DNA of 62,596 nt, counting the filler, from Chiloscyllium plagiosum (taxonomy: Eukaryota), in NCBI RefSeq assembly GCF_004010195.1. It is 4 parts of one record of this genome, joined end to end, with 100 filler letters (N's around TTAATTAATTAA, not from the genome) between each part and the next. Parts side by side here need not be neighbours in the genome. Positions count along the whole stretch, not along the records: positions 39,120 to 59,529 come from NC_057717.1; positions 59,630 to 62,596 come from NC_057717.1; 2 more parts are not named here. One strand, 5' to 3'. The position numbers were made by a program, and so were the translations under genes. Below the pieces are notes generated by a model, which was not told the origin of the DNA, searched no databases, and saw only the letters and a list, made by a program, of their open reading frames with translations. Positions 47,501-60,205 of this stretch are shown here, in pieces; position 1 is the stretch's first letter, and every line of letters begins with the position of its first letter.

Positions 47501-50500
47501 CCGTACACAGGCTGTGAATCTCTGTGATTCTCTTACACATTCTATTACGTTCTGTGATTTTCTTACACACACTCTGTGACAAGCTGTGTTTCTCTTACAC
47601 GATCTGGAACACTCAGTGATACCGTACGCGCTCTGAGACACACTATGATATACTTACACACGTTGTGACACTCTGTGATCCTCTTACACACGTTGTGACA
47701 CTCTGTGGTTCCCTTCCACACATTACGAAACTATGTGATACCGTGCACACTCAGGGACACACTGTGATTTTCTTACACACTCTGGGACACTCTGTGAATC
47801 TCTTACGCACTCTGTGACATTTGATTCTCTTACTCACTCTGGGACACTCTGTGATTCTCTTACACACGCTGTGATTCTCTTACACACGTTGTGACACTCT
47901 GTGATTCCCTTACACACTCTGGGATACTTTGCGATTCCCTTACCTTCTCCGTGAATTTCTGTGATTCTTTTAAACACTCTATTACCTTCGGTGATTCCCT
48001 TACACACTTTGGGACACTCTGTGATTCCCTTGCATACTCTGTGTCATACTGTACCATGCACACGCTGGGAGATTCTGTGATTCCATGCACCCTCTGGGAC
48101 ACGCTGTGATTCTCGTACACAGGTTTTGATATTCGGTGATTCCCTTACACACGTTGTGACACTCTGTGATTCCTTTACACACACTGGGACACTTTGTGAT
48201 TCCTTTAAACATTCTGGGACACTCTATGAATCTCTTACACACTCTGAGGCACTCTGTGAATCTCTTACACATTCTAGAACTCTGTGATTATCTTATTCAC
48301 TCTGTAACACTCTGAGATTTCCTTGCACCTACACTCTCTGGGAGACACCGTGATACCGTACACACTATATGAATATCTGTGATCACTTTACACACTCTTG
48401 GACCTTCTGTGATTCCCTTAAACACTCTGGGACACTTTGTAATTGCCTTACACACTCTGTGACACTCTGTCATTCTCCTACACACTCTGTGATACTCTAC
48501 ACTCTGTGAATCACTGTTATTCTCTTACACACGCAATGAATCTCTGGAATTCTCTTACACACTCTGAGATGCTCTATATGTTACACACTCTGTGATTCCT
48601 TTACATACTGTAACACTCCACCATTCTCTTTCATTCTCTTACACACTCTGTGAATCTCTGCAATTCTCTTAAGCACTGTGTGAATCTCTGTGATTCTCTT
48701 ACACACTCTGTGGCACTGCGATTCCCTTACACACTCTTTGAATCTCTGATTCCCTTCCACACTCTCTGAATCTCTGTGATTTTCTGACGCACTCTTGGAC
48801 ACTCTGTGATATCGTACACACTTTGGACACACTGTGATACCGTACATACTCTGGGACAAACTGAGACACGGTACACACTCTGTGAGTCTGTGCCATTCTC
48901 TTTCACAATCTCGGACACTCTGTGATACCGTAAACACTCTGTGATTCTCCTACACATTCTGTGATAGTCTGTGATTCCCTTACAAACTCTGGGAAACTCT
49001 GTCATACCGTAGACACTCTGGGACACTCTGTAATTCCCTTTCACACTCCTGGACACTCTGCGATTACCTTACAAACTCTGGGACATTCTGTGATTCTTTT
49101 ACACATTCTGGGACACTGTGGTTCTCTTACTAACTCTGTGACGTTCTCCGATTCCCTGTGACACCATATACACTCTGGGACACTCTGTGGTACCGTGCAC
49201 TCTCTGGGACACTCTGTGATTCCCTAACACATTCTGTGATACTCTGTAATTGCCTTACACACTATATGGCACTCGGTCATTCTCTTACCCTCTCTGTAAA
49301 CCTTTCTGATTCTCTTACACACTCTGGGTCACTCTGTGATACCGTACACACTCTGCAACACACTGTGATTTGATTACACAGTCTGGGACACTCTGCGGTT
49401 CCATGACACACCCTGCGACACTTTGTGAATCTCTTACACACTCTGTGACACTGTGATTCTCTTACTCACGATGTGACACTGTATGATTCTCTTGCACACG
49501 CTGTGATTCCCTTACACACTCCGGGACACACTTTGATTTCCTGATCCTGTCCGTGAATCTCTGTCATTCTCTGACACACTCTATTACGTTCTGTGATTTG
49601 TTTGGGACACTCTGTGACACTCTGTGATTACTTTGCACACTCTGCGACTCTCTCTGATACCGGGCACACTCTGGGAGAATCTGTGATTCCCTTACACACT
49701 CTGGGACACTTTGTTGTACCGTACACTCTCTGGGACACTCTGTGATACCGTAAACACTCTGGGGCACTCTGTGATTTCCTTACACACATCTGGGACACTC
49801 TGCACTTCATTACACACTCTGAAACACTCTGTGATACGGTGCACACTGTGAGTCCCTTACACACGTTTTGACACTCTGCGATTCCCTTACACACACTGCG
49901 ACACTCTGCAGTTCTCTTACACACTGTGTGACACTCTGTCATTCACTTACCCTCTCCCTGAATCTCTGCAATTCTCTTGAACACTCTGTGACACTGTGAT
50001 TCTCTAACACACTATGTGACACTGTGTGATTCTCTTACACACGCTGTGATTCTCTGACACACTCTGGGACACTGTGTGAGTCCCTTACACACTCTGGAAT
50101 AATCTGTGATTCCCTTGCACACTCTGTGAAACTCTGTGGTACCGTGCACACTCTGTGACACTCTATGATTCCCTTATACACTGAGGGACACACTGTGGTA
50201 CTGTACATACACTGGGACACTCTGTGAGTCTTTCACACACTCTGTGACACCTTAAAAAATCACGCAACACCAAGTTATTGTCCAACAGGTTTAATTGGAA
50301 GCACACTAGCTTTCGGAGCGACGCTCCTTCATCGGGCGATAGTGATCTCTGGCATCTCCATATTGTGACACTGTGATTTTCTTACTCAATCTGTGATTCT
50401 CCTACACACGTTGTGATTCTTTTACACATTCTGTGACACTTTGTGTTTCACTTACACACTCTGGCATACTTTGTGATTCCCTTACCCTCTCCGTGAGCAT

Positions 50501-53500
50501 CTGCGATTCTCTAACACACACTATTACCTTATGTGATTCCCTTACATACTCTGGGATACCCTGTGATTCCCTTGCCCTCTCTGTGACACTCTGTGACACC
50601 GTGCACACTCGGGTGACACTGTGATTCTCTCACACACTCTATGACACTCTGTGATTCTCTCACACACGCTGTGACACTCTGTGATTCTCTTATACACGCT
50701 GTGACACTCTGTCATTCACTTAACCTCTCTGTGAATCTCTGCAATTCTCTTACACACTCTGTGACACTCTGTGATTCTCTTATACACGCTGTGACACTCT
50801 GTCATTCACTTAACCTCTCTGTGAATCTCTGCAATTCTCTTACACACTCTGTGACACTCTGTCATTCCCTTACCCTCTCTGTGAGTCTCTGCAATTCTCT
50901 TGAACACTCTGTGACACTGTGATTGTCTTACACACTCTGTGACACTCCGTGATTCTCTTATATACTCTGTTACGCACTGTGATACCTTACACACTCTGTG
51001 AGGCTCTGTGATTCTCTTACACAGTCTGTGATTCTCTTACAAACATTCTCTGACAGTCTGATTCCCTTACACACTCTCTGACACGCTTATACGCTCTGAC
51101 GCATTGTGTGATGCCCTTACACACTCTGTGAATCTCCGTTATTCACTTACACACGCAGTGAATCTCTGCAATTCTCTTACACACTCTGATATGCTCTATA
51201 CGTTACACACTCTGTGATTCCCTTACATACTCTGACACTCCGACACTCTCTTTCATGCTCTGTGACACTTTGTGATTCCCTTACTCATCTGTAACACTCT
51301 ATGATTTTCATTCACACTCTGTGACACTGCAATTCTCTTACACACTCTGTGACTCTGTAATTCTCTTACACACTCTACGACACTCTGTCATTCTCTTACA
51401 CACTCGGTGACACTCTGTCATTCTCTGATAAACTGTGAATCTCTGTGATTCCCTTACGCACTCTGTGACTCTGATTCCCTTCCACACTATCTGAATCTCT
51501 GTGATTCTCTGACACACTCTTGGACACTCTGTGATATCGTACATACTCTGGGACGCACTGTGATACCGTACACACTCTGGGGCAAACTGTGACGCCGTAC
51601 ACACTGTGTGAATCTCTGTGATTCTCTTTCACACTCTGTGACACTATGTGATTCCCTTACAAACTCTGGGACACTCTGTCATACCATACACAATCTGGGA
51701 CACTGTGTCGTTCCATTACAAACTTTGTGACACTCTGTGAAGCTCTTTCACACTCTGCGACACTCCGTGATGCCCCGGCGCAATCTGCGACTCTCTGCGA
51801 TTCCCTTACACACTCTGGGCCACTATGTGATTTCATTACACACTCTGGGAGACTCTGTGATTCCCTTACACATTCTGTGATACTCTGTAATTACCTTATA
51901 CACTATATGACACACGGTCATTCTCTTAACCTCTCTCTGAATCTTTGTCTTTCTCTTACACACTCTATTCCGTTCTGTTATTCTGTTTCACACTCTGGGA
52001 CACTCTATGTTACTGTACACACTCTGGGACACTCTTTGGTTTTCTTACACACTCTGGGACACTCTGCGGTTCCCTGACACACTCTGGAAGACTCTGTGAT
52101 TCTCTTACACACACTGGGACACACTGTGATTCTCTTACACACTCTGGGATACTGTGATACCGTACACAGTCTGGGACACTCTGTGATACCGTACACACTC
52201 TGGGATACACTGTGATTCCCATGCACACTCTGGGACACTCTGTGAATCTCTCACACACTCTGTGACACTGTGATTCTCTTACTCATGATGTGACATTCTG
52301 TGATTATCTTACACACGCTGTGATTCTCTTACAAACACGGGGACACACAGTGATTCTCTTACACACTCTGGGACACTCTGTGATTCCTTTACACAGTCTG
52401 GGACACTCTGTGATTCGCTTGCTCATTCTGTGACACTGTGTGATTCACTAAAACACTCTGCGACACTCTGTGATTCCTTAGTACATTCTATGATACCGTG
52501 CACACTCTGGGGCACTCTGGGGCACTCTGTGATACCGTGCACGATCTGGGACACACTATTATACCGTGCACTTTCTGGGAACCTCTGTAATTCCCTTGCA
52601 CACCCTGGGACACTCTGTGATTCTCTTACACACTCTGGAACACTCTGTAATTCCATTGGACACCCTGGGATACTCTGTGAATCTCTTACACACACTCTGT
52701 CACTGTGATTCTCTTACCCACTCTGACAGTTTGAGATTCCCTTACACACTCTAGGACACTCTGTGATTCCGTTACACACTTACACACACTCTGTCACTGT
52801 GATTCTCTTACCCACTCTGACATTTTGAGATTCCCTTACACTCTCTAGGATACTCCGTGATTCCTTACACACTCTGGGGCACTCTGTGAATCTCTTAGAC
52901 ACTCTGGGACACTCTGTGATTCCGGAAACACTCTTGGACACTCCGTGATACCGTACACACTCTGTGAATCTCAGTGATTCCTTTACACAAACTGGGACAT
53001 TCTGTATTACCATTACACACTCTGGGACACTCTGTGAAACGCTTACACACTCTGTGACACTGGGATTCTCTTACTCACTCTGTGACACTCTGTGATTCTC
53101 CTACGCATGCAATGGTTCTCTTACACGTTCTGGGACTCTCTGTGATTCCCTTACACACTCTGGGATATTCTGCGATTACCTTGCCCTCTCCGTGAGCCTC
53201 TGTAATTCTCTTACACACTCTACTACCTCCTGCGATTCTCTCACACATTCTGGGACACCCTGTGATTCCCCTGCACACTCTGTAACACTCTTTGATACCA
53301 TGCACACTCTCTGACATTCTGTGATACCCTGCACATTCTGGGACACTCTGTGATTCCCTTACACACGTTGTGACACTCTGCGATTCCCTTACACACTCCG
53401 GGACGCTCTGCGATTACCTTACACACTCTGGGACACTATGTGATTCTCTCACTAATTCTGTGACGTTGTCTGATTCCCTGTGATACCATATACACTCTGG

Positions 53501-56500
53501 GACCCTCTGTGGTACCGTGCACACTCTGGGACTCACTGTGATTCCCTTACACACTGTGAGACACTCTGTGATACTGTACACATTCTGGGATACTCTGTGA
53601 TTCCCTTACACAAGTTTTGACACTCTGTGATTCCCTTGCTCGCGTTGTGACACTACGCTTACACACTCTGTGACACTGCGATTCTCTTACTCACTCTGTG
53701 ACACTCTGTGATTCTCCTACGCACGCAATGGTTCTCTTACACGTTCTGGGACTCTCTGTGATTCCCTTACACACTCTGGGATATTCTGCGATTACCTTGC
53801 CCTCTCCGTGAGCCTCTGTAATTCTCTTACACACTCTACTACCTCCTGCGATTCCCTCACACATTCTGGGACACCCTGTGATTCCCCTGCACACTCTGTA
53901 ACACTCTTTGATACCATGCACACTCTGCGACATTCTGTGATACCCTGCACATTCTGGGACACTCTGTGATTCCCTTACACACGTTGTGACACTCTGCGAT
54001 TCCTTTACACACTCCGTGACGCTCCGCGATTACCTTACACACTCTGGGTCACTCTGTGCTTCTCTTACAAACTCTGGAACACTATGTGATTCTCTTACTA
54101 ATTCTGTGATGTTGTCTGATTCCCTGTGATACCATATACACTCTGGGACCCTCTGTGATACTGTACACACTCTGGGATACTCTGTGATTCCCTTACACAA
54201 GTTTTGACACTCTGTGATTCCCTTGCTCGCGTTGTGACACTCTGTGATTCCATTACACACGTTGTGTCACTCTGTGATTTCCTTACACACTCTGGGTCAC
54301 GCTGTGATACCGTGTATAGTCGGGGACGTTCTGTGATTCACTTGCACACTCTCGGACACTCTGTGATTCTGTACACACTCTGGGACACGCCGTAATTCCA
54401 TTACACACTCTGGGACACTCTGTGAATCTCTTACACACTCTGGGACATTGTGATTCTCTTACTCACTCTGTGATTCTCCAACACATGCTGTGATTCTCTT
54501 ACACACTCTGTGACACTTGTGGTTCACTTACACACTCTGGCATACTCTGTGATTCCCTTACCCTCTCCGTGAACCTCTGTCATTCTCTTGCACACTCTAT
54601 TACCTTATGTGATTCCCTTACACACTCTAGGAAACCCTGTAATTCCCTTGCACTCTCTGTGACACTCTGTGATACCGTGAAAATTCTGCGACACTCTGTG
54701 ATGCAGTGCACTCTCTGTGACACTGTGATTCTCTCACACACTCTGTGACAGTCTGTGATTCTCTTATACACGATGTGACAGTCTGTCATTCCCTTAACCG
54801 CTCTGTGAATCTCTGCAATTCTCGTATACACTCTGCGACGCTGTGATACCTAACACACTTTGTGAGGCTCTGTGATTCTCCTCCACGCTCTGTGATTATC
54901 TTACAAACATTATCTGACACTCTGATGCCCTTACACACTCTGTGAATCACTGTTATTATCTTAGACACGCAGTGAATCTCTGCAATTCTCTTACACACTC
55001 TGAGATGCTCTATAAGTTACACACTCTGTAATTCCCTTACATACTCTGACACTCCTACATTCTCTTTCATTCTCTGTGACACTCCGTGATTCCCTTACAC
55101 ATCTGTAACACTTCGTGATTCTCATACACACTCTGTGACGCTGTAATTCTCTTACACACTCTGGGACATTCTTTCATCCTCTTGCACACTCTTTGAATCT
55201 CTGTGATTCCCTTACACACTCTGTGAATCTCTGCAATTCTCTTAAGCACTGTGTGAATCTCTGTGATTCTCTTAACCACTCTGTGACACTGCGATTCCCT
55301 TACACACTTTGTGAATCTCTGATTCCCATCCACACTCTCTGAATCTCTGTGAATCTCTGACACACTCTTGGACACCCTGTGATACCGTACACACTCTAGG
55401 ACACACTATGATACAGTGCACACTCTGGGACAAACTGTGACACCGTGCACACTCTGTGAAAGTCTGCGATTCTCTTTCACACTCTCGGACACTCTGTGAT
55501 ACCGTAAAAACTCTGTGATCCCCTAAACACTCTGTGATTCTCTTACATATTCTGTGACACTCTGCGATTCCCTTACAAACTCTGGGAAACTCTGTCATAC
55601 CATACAAACTTTGGGACACTGTGTGATTCCATTACACATTTTGTGACACTGTGATGCTCTTTCACAGTCTGCGACAATCTGTAATGCCCTAGAACACTCT
55701 GTGACACTCTGCAATTCCCTTACACATTCTGTAATACTTTGTAATTACCTTACACACTATATGACACTCGGTCATTCTCTTACCCTCTCTCTGAAACTTT
55801 GTGTTTCTCTTACACACTCTATTACATTCTGTGATTCTGTTTCACACTCTGGGACACTCTGTGATTCCGTTACACACTCTATGATACTCTGTGATTCTCT
55901 TACACACTCTGGGGCAATCTGTGAATCTCTTACACATTCTGAGACACTCTGTGAATCTCTTAGACACTCTGGGACATTCTGTGATTCCATTGCACCGCAC
56001 ACTCTCTGGGACACGTTGTGATACCGTTACACACTCTGGGATACTCTGTGATTCCCTTACACACTCTGGGGCACGATGTGAATCTCTTACACACTCTGGA
56101 ACACTCTGCTCGTCTCTTAGACACTCTGTGACACTCTGTGATTCCCTTGCACCGTACACTCTCTGGGACACTCTGTGATACCGTACACACTCTGCGAATC
56201 TCTGTGATTCCTTTACACACTCTGGGACACTCTTGTATTCCCTTAAAAGTCTCTGGGACACTCTGTGATTCCCTCACCCACTCTGGGACACTCTGTGATT
56301 CCCTTACACACTGTGGGACACTCTGTGAATCCCTTACACACATTGTGAAACTCTGTGGTTCCCTTACACACGTTTTGACACTCTGTGATGCCCTTACATA
56401 CGTTATGACACTCTGTAATTCCCTTACACACTCTGGGTCACACTGTGATACCCGTGTACACTCTGGGACCCACTGTGATGCCATTAAATACTCACGGACA

Positions 56501-59500
56501 CTTTGTGATACTGTACACACTCTGGGGACACTCTGTGATTCCCTGACACACTCTGGGACACTCCGCAATTCCATTACACACTCTGGGACACTCTGTGAAT
56601 TTCTTACACACTGTGTGACACTGCGATTCTCTTACACACTCTGTGACTCTATGATTCTCTTACACACTCTGTGACATTGTGATTCCCTTACAAACTCTGT
56701 GAATCTCTGATTCCCTTCCGAACTCTCTGAATCTCTGCCATTCTCTGAAACATCTTGAACACTCTTTGATACCGTCTACACTCTGGGACACATTGTGATT
56801 TCCTTGTACGTTCTGGGACACTCTGTGACACCGTGCACACTCTGTGAATCTCTGTGATTGCCTCTCATACTCTCGGGCACTCGGTGATGCCAAAAACATT
56901 CTGTGACACTCTGTGATTCCCTTACACACTCTGGGACACTCTGTCATACCGTACACTCTCTAGGACGCTCTGTGATACCGAACAAACTCTGGGACTCTCT
57001 GTGACTCCCTTACACACACTGGGACACTGTAATTCCGTTACACACTCTGGGACACTCTGTGGCTCTCTTTCTCAATCTGAGACAGTCTGTGGTTCCCTTA
57101 CACACTCTGGGACACTGTGATTCTCAAACACACACTGTGGCATTCTGTGATTCTCTTACACACGATGTGACACTCCGTGATACCGGGCGCACTCTGGTAC
57201 ACTCTGTGATTCCTTGAACACTCTGGGACACACTGTGATTCCCCTACACACTGTGGGACACTCTGTATTACTGTAAAAACTCTGGGGCATTCCGTTACAC
57301 ACGTTTTGACACTCCGTGATTCCGTTTCACGAGTTGTGATACTCTGTGATGCCCTTGCAAACGTTGTGATACTGTGTGATTCCCTTACCGACATTGTGTC
57401 ACTCTGTAATTCCCTTACACACTCTGGGTCATGCTGTGATACCGTGTACACTCTGGGACCCACTGTGATTCCCTCACACACTTTCGGACACTCTGTGATA
57501 CTGTACACACTCTGGGACACTCTGTGATACTCTATACACTCTGGGACACTCTGTGATTCCATTACACACTCTGGGATACTCTGTGAATCTCTTACACACA
57601 CTGTGACACTGTGATTCTCTTACTGACTCTGTGATTCTCCTACACACGCTGTGATTCTTTTACACACTATTTGGCACTTTGTGATTCACTTACATCATCT
57701 GTCATACTCTGTGATTCTCTTGCACTCTGTGTGACATGCTGTGATACTGTGCACACTCTGCGATGCAATGCACACTCTGCGACACTCTATGATGCAGTGC
57801 ACACTGTGTGGCACTGTGATTCTCTCGCACACTTTGTGACACTCTGTCATGCCTTTACCCTCTCTGTGAATCTCTGCAATTATCTTTCACACTCTGTGAC
57901 ACTGTGATTCTCTTACACACTCTGTGACGCACTGTGATACCTTACACACTCAGTGAGGCTCTGTGATTCTCTTACACACTCTGTGATTCTTTTAAAAACA
58001 TTCTCTAACACTCTGATTCCCTAACACACTCTCTGACATGCTTATACACTCTGACGCATTGTGTGATGCCATTACNNNNNNNNNNNNNNNNNNNNNNNNN
58101 NNNNNNNNNNNNNNNNNNNNNNNNNNNNNNNNNNNNNNNNNNNNNNNNNNNNNNNNNNNNNNNNNNNNNNNNNNNNNNNNNNNNNNNNNNNNNNNNNNNN
58201 NNNNNNNNNNNNNNNNNNNNNNNNNNNNNNNNNNNNNNNNNNNNNNNNNNNNNNNNNNNNNNNNNNNNNNNNNNNNNNNNNNNNNNNNNNNNNNNNNNNN
58301 NNNNNNNNNNNNNNNNNNNNNNNNNNNNNNNNNNNNNNNNNNNNNNNNNNNNNNNNNNNNNNNNNNNNNNNNNNNNNNNNNNNNNNNNNNNNNNNNNNNN
58401 NNNNNNNNNNNNNNNNNNNNNNNNNNNNNNNNNNNNNNNNNNNNNNNNNNNNNNNNNNNNNNNNNNNNNNNNNNNNNNNNNNNNNNNNNNNNNNNNNNNN
58501 NNNNNNNNNNNNNNNNNNNNNNNNNNNNNNNNNNNNNNNNNNNNNNNNNNNNNNNNNNNNNNNNNNNNNNNNNNNNNNNNNNNNNNNNNNNNNNNNNNNN
58601 NNNNNNNNNNNNNNNNNNNNNNNNNNNNNNNNNNNNNNNNNNNNNNNNNNNNNNNNNNNNNNNNNNNNNNNNNNNNNNNNNNNNNNNNNNNNNNNNNNNN
58701 NNNNNNNNNNNNNNNNNNNNNNNNNNNNNNNNNNNNNNNNNNNNNNNNNNNNNNNNNNNNNNNNNNNNNNNNNNNNNNNNNNNNNNNNNNNNNNNNNNNN
58801 NNNNNNNNNNNNNNNNNNNNNNNNNNNNNNNNNNNNNNNNNNNNNNNNNNNNNNCTCTTACACACTCTGGGACACTCTGTGATACCGTACACACTCTGCA
58901 ACACACTGTGATTTGCTTACACACTCTGGGACACTCTGCGGTTCCATGACACACCCTGCGACACTTTGTGAATTTCTTACACACTCTGTGACACTGTGAT
59001 TCTCTTACTCACGATGTGACACTGTGTGATTCTCTTGCACACGTTGTGATTCCCTTACACACTCCGGGACACACTGTGATTTCCTGATCCTGTCCGTGAA
59101 TCTCTGTGATTCTCTGACACACTCTGTTATGTTCTGTGATTCTGTTGTACTGTACACACTCTGTTGTACTGTACACACGCTGGGACACTCTGTGATTCCC
59201 TTACACACTCTAGAACACTCTGTGAATCTCTTACACAATCTGGGACACTCTGTGATACCGTAAACAATCTGGGGCACTCTGTGATTTCCTTACACAAAAC
59301 TGGGACACTCTGCACTTCATTACACACTCTGGAACACTCTGTGATACGGTGCACACTGTGAGTCCCTTACACACGTTTTGACACTCTGTGATTCCCTTAC
59401 ACACACTGCGACACTCTGCAATTCTCTTACACAATCTGGGACACTTTGTGATTCTCTTGCACCGTACACTCTCTGGGACACTCTGTGATACCGTAAACAC

Positions 59501-59529
59501 TCTGGGGCACTCTGTGATTTCCTTACACA
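41531..59529. repeat. ~18 kb degenerate satellite of ~10-bp modules (base ~30-bp unit)
   Basis: Modules acactctggg, acactctgtg, att(c/t)ccttac-like and ataccgtac repeat throughout; includes an N gap at 58076-58854. Confidence 0.95.
50251..50363 (-). mobile_element. Penelope-derived terminal-repeat insertion with near-intact hammerhead motif, inside the satellite
   Basis: Minus strand cgcCCGATGAaggagcgtcgctccGAAAGCTAgtg (50304-50338); same family as 22649-22854; flanking repeat tgtgacac at 50243-50250 and 50364-50371. Confidence 0.8.
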
Positions 59530-59629
59530 NNNNNNNNNNNNNNNNNNNNNNNNNNNNNNNNNNNNNNNNNNNNTTAATTAATTAANNNNNNNNNNNNNNN
59601 NNNNNNNNNNNNNNNNNNNNNNNNNNNNN
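59530..59629. other. 100-bp scaffold spacer
   Basis: 44N-TTAATTAATTAA-44N. Confidence 0.95.
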
Positions 59630-60027
59630 CGGTATGGAAACAGGCCCTTTGTCCTAACAAGTCCACACCGCCCCTCTGAAGAGTAAACCAATCAGACCCA
59701 TTCCCCTACCCCATATTTACCCCGTTTTTTCGACATATCTCCTCATTTGAATGTAATAACTCTTTTAGGTCATTTCTATTTTACTTAAGACGGTAACTCA
59801 ATAATTTACCCCTGACTAATGCACTTAACATTATGGGCAATTTAGCATGGCTAATTAACCTGACCAGAACATATTTGAATTGTGGGAGGAAACTGGAGCA
59901 CCTGAAGAGAACCCACGCACACACGGGGAGAACGTGCAAACTCAACACGGACAGTCACCTGAGACTGGAATTGAATCAAGTCCCTGATGCTGTGAGACAG
60001 CAGTGTTAACCACTGAGCCAACGTGTC
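59630..60027 (-). mobile_element. HE1 SINE with an 80-bp foreign insert
   Basis: ggaaacaggccc...gggcaatttagcatggc...gctgtgagacagcagtgttaaccactgagcca. Confidence 0.88.
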
Positions 60028-60205
60028 TCATTGAAGTCTTAATAATGCATCGGCAAGCACGTTTTCAAGAACTTCCACATCCACAACTTCCAAACTTGCT
60101 GTGAGACAGCAGTGTTAACCACTGAGCCAACGTGTCTCATTGAAGTCTTAATAATGCATCGGCAAGCACGTTTTCAAGAACTTCCACATCCACAACTTCC
60201 AAACT
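59988..60205. repeat. Perfect 109-bp tandem duplication
   Basis: 59988-60096 repeated at 60097-60205. Confidence 0.9.

Noticed and set aside
41531..59529. Many Cys/His-rich ORFs (TECPRVCKGI, THSGTLCDSL) resembling zinc-finger or keratin-associated proteins
   Set aside because: They are translations of the 30-bp satellite on both strands and in several frames, with frequent stops and frame changes.
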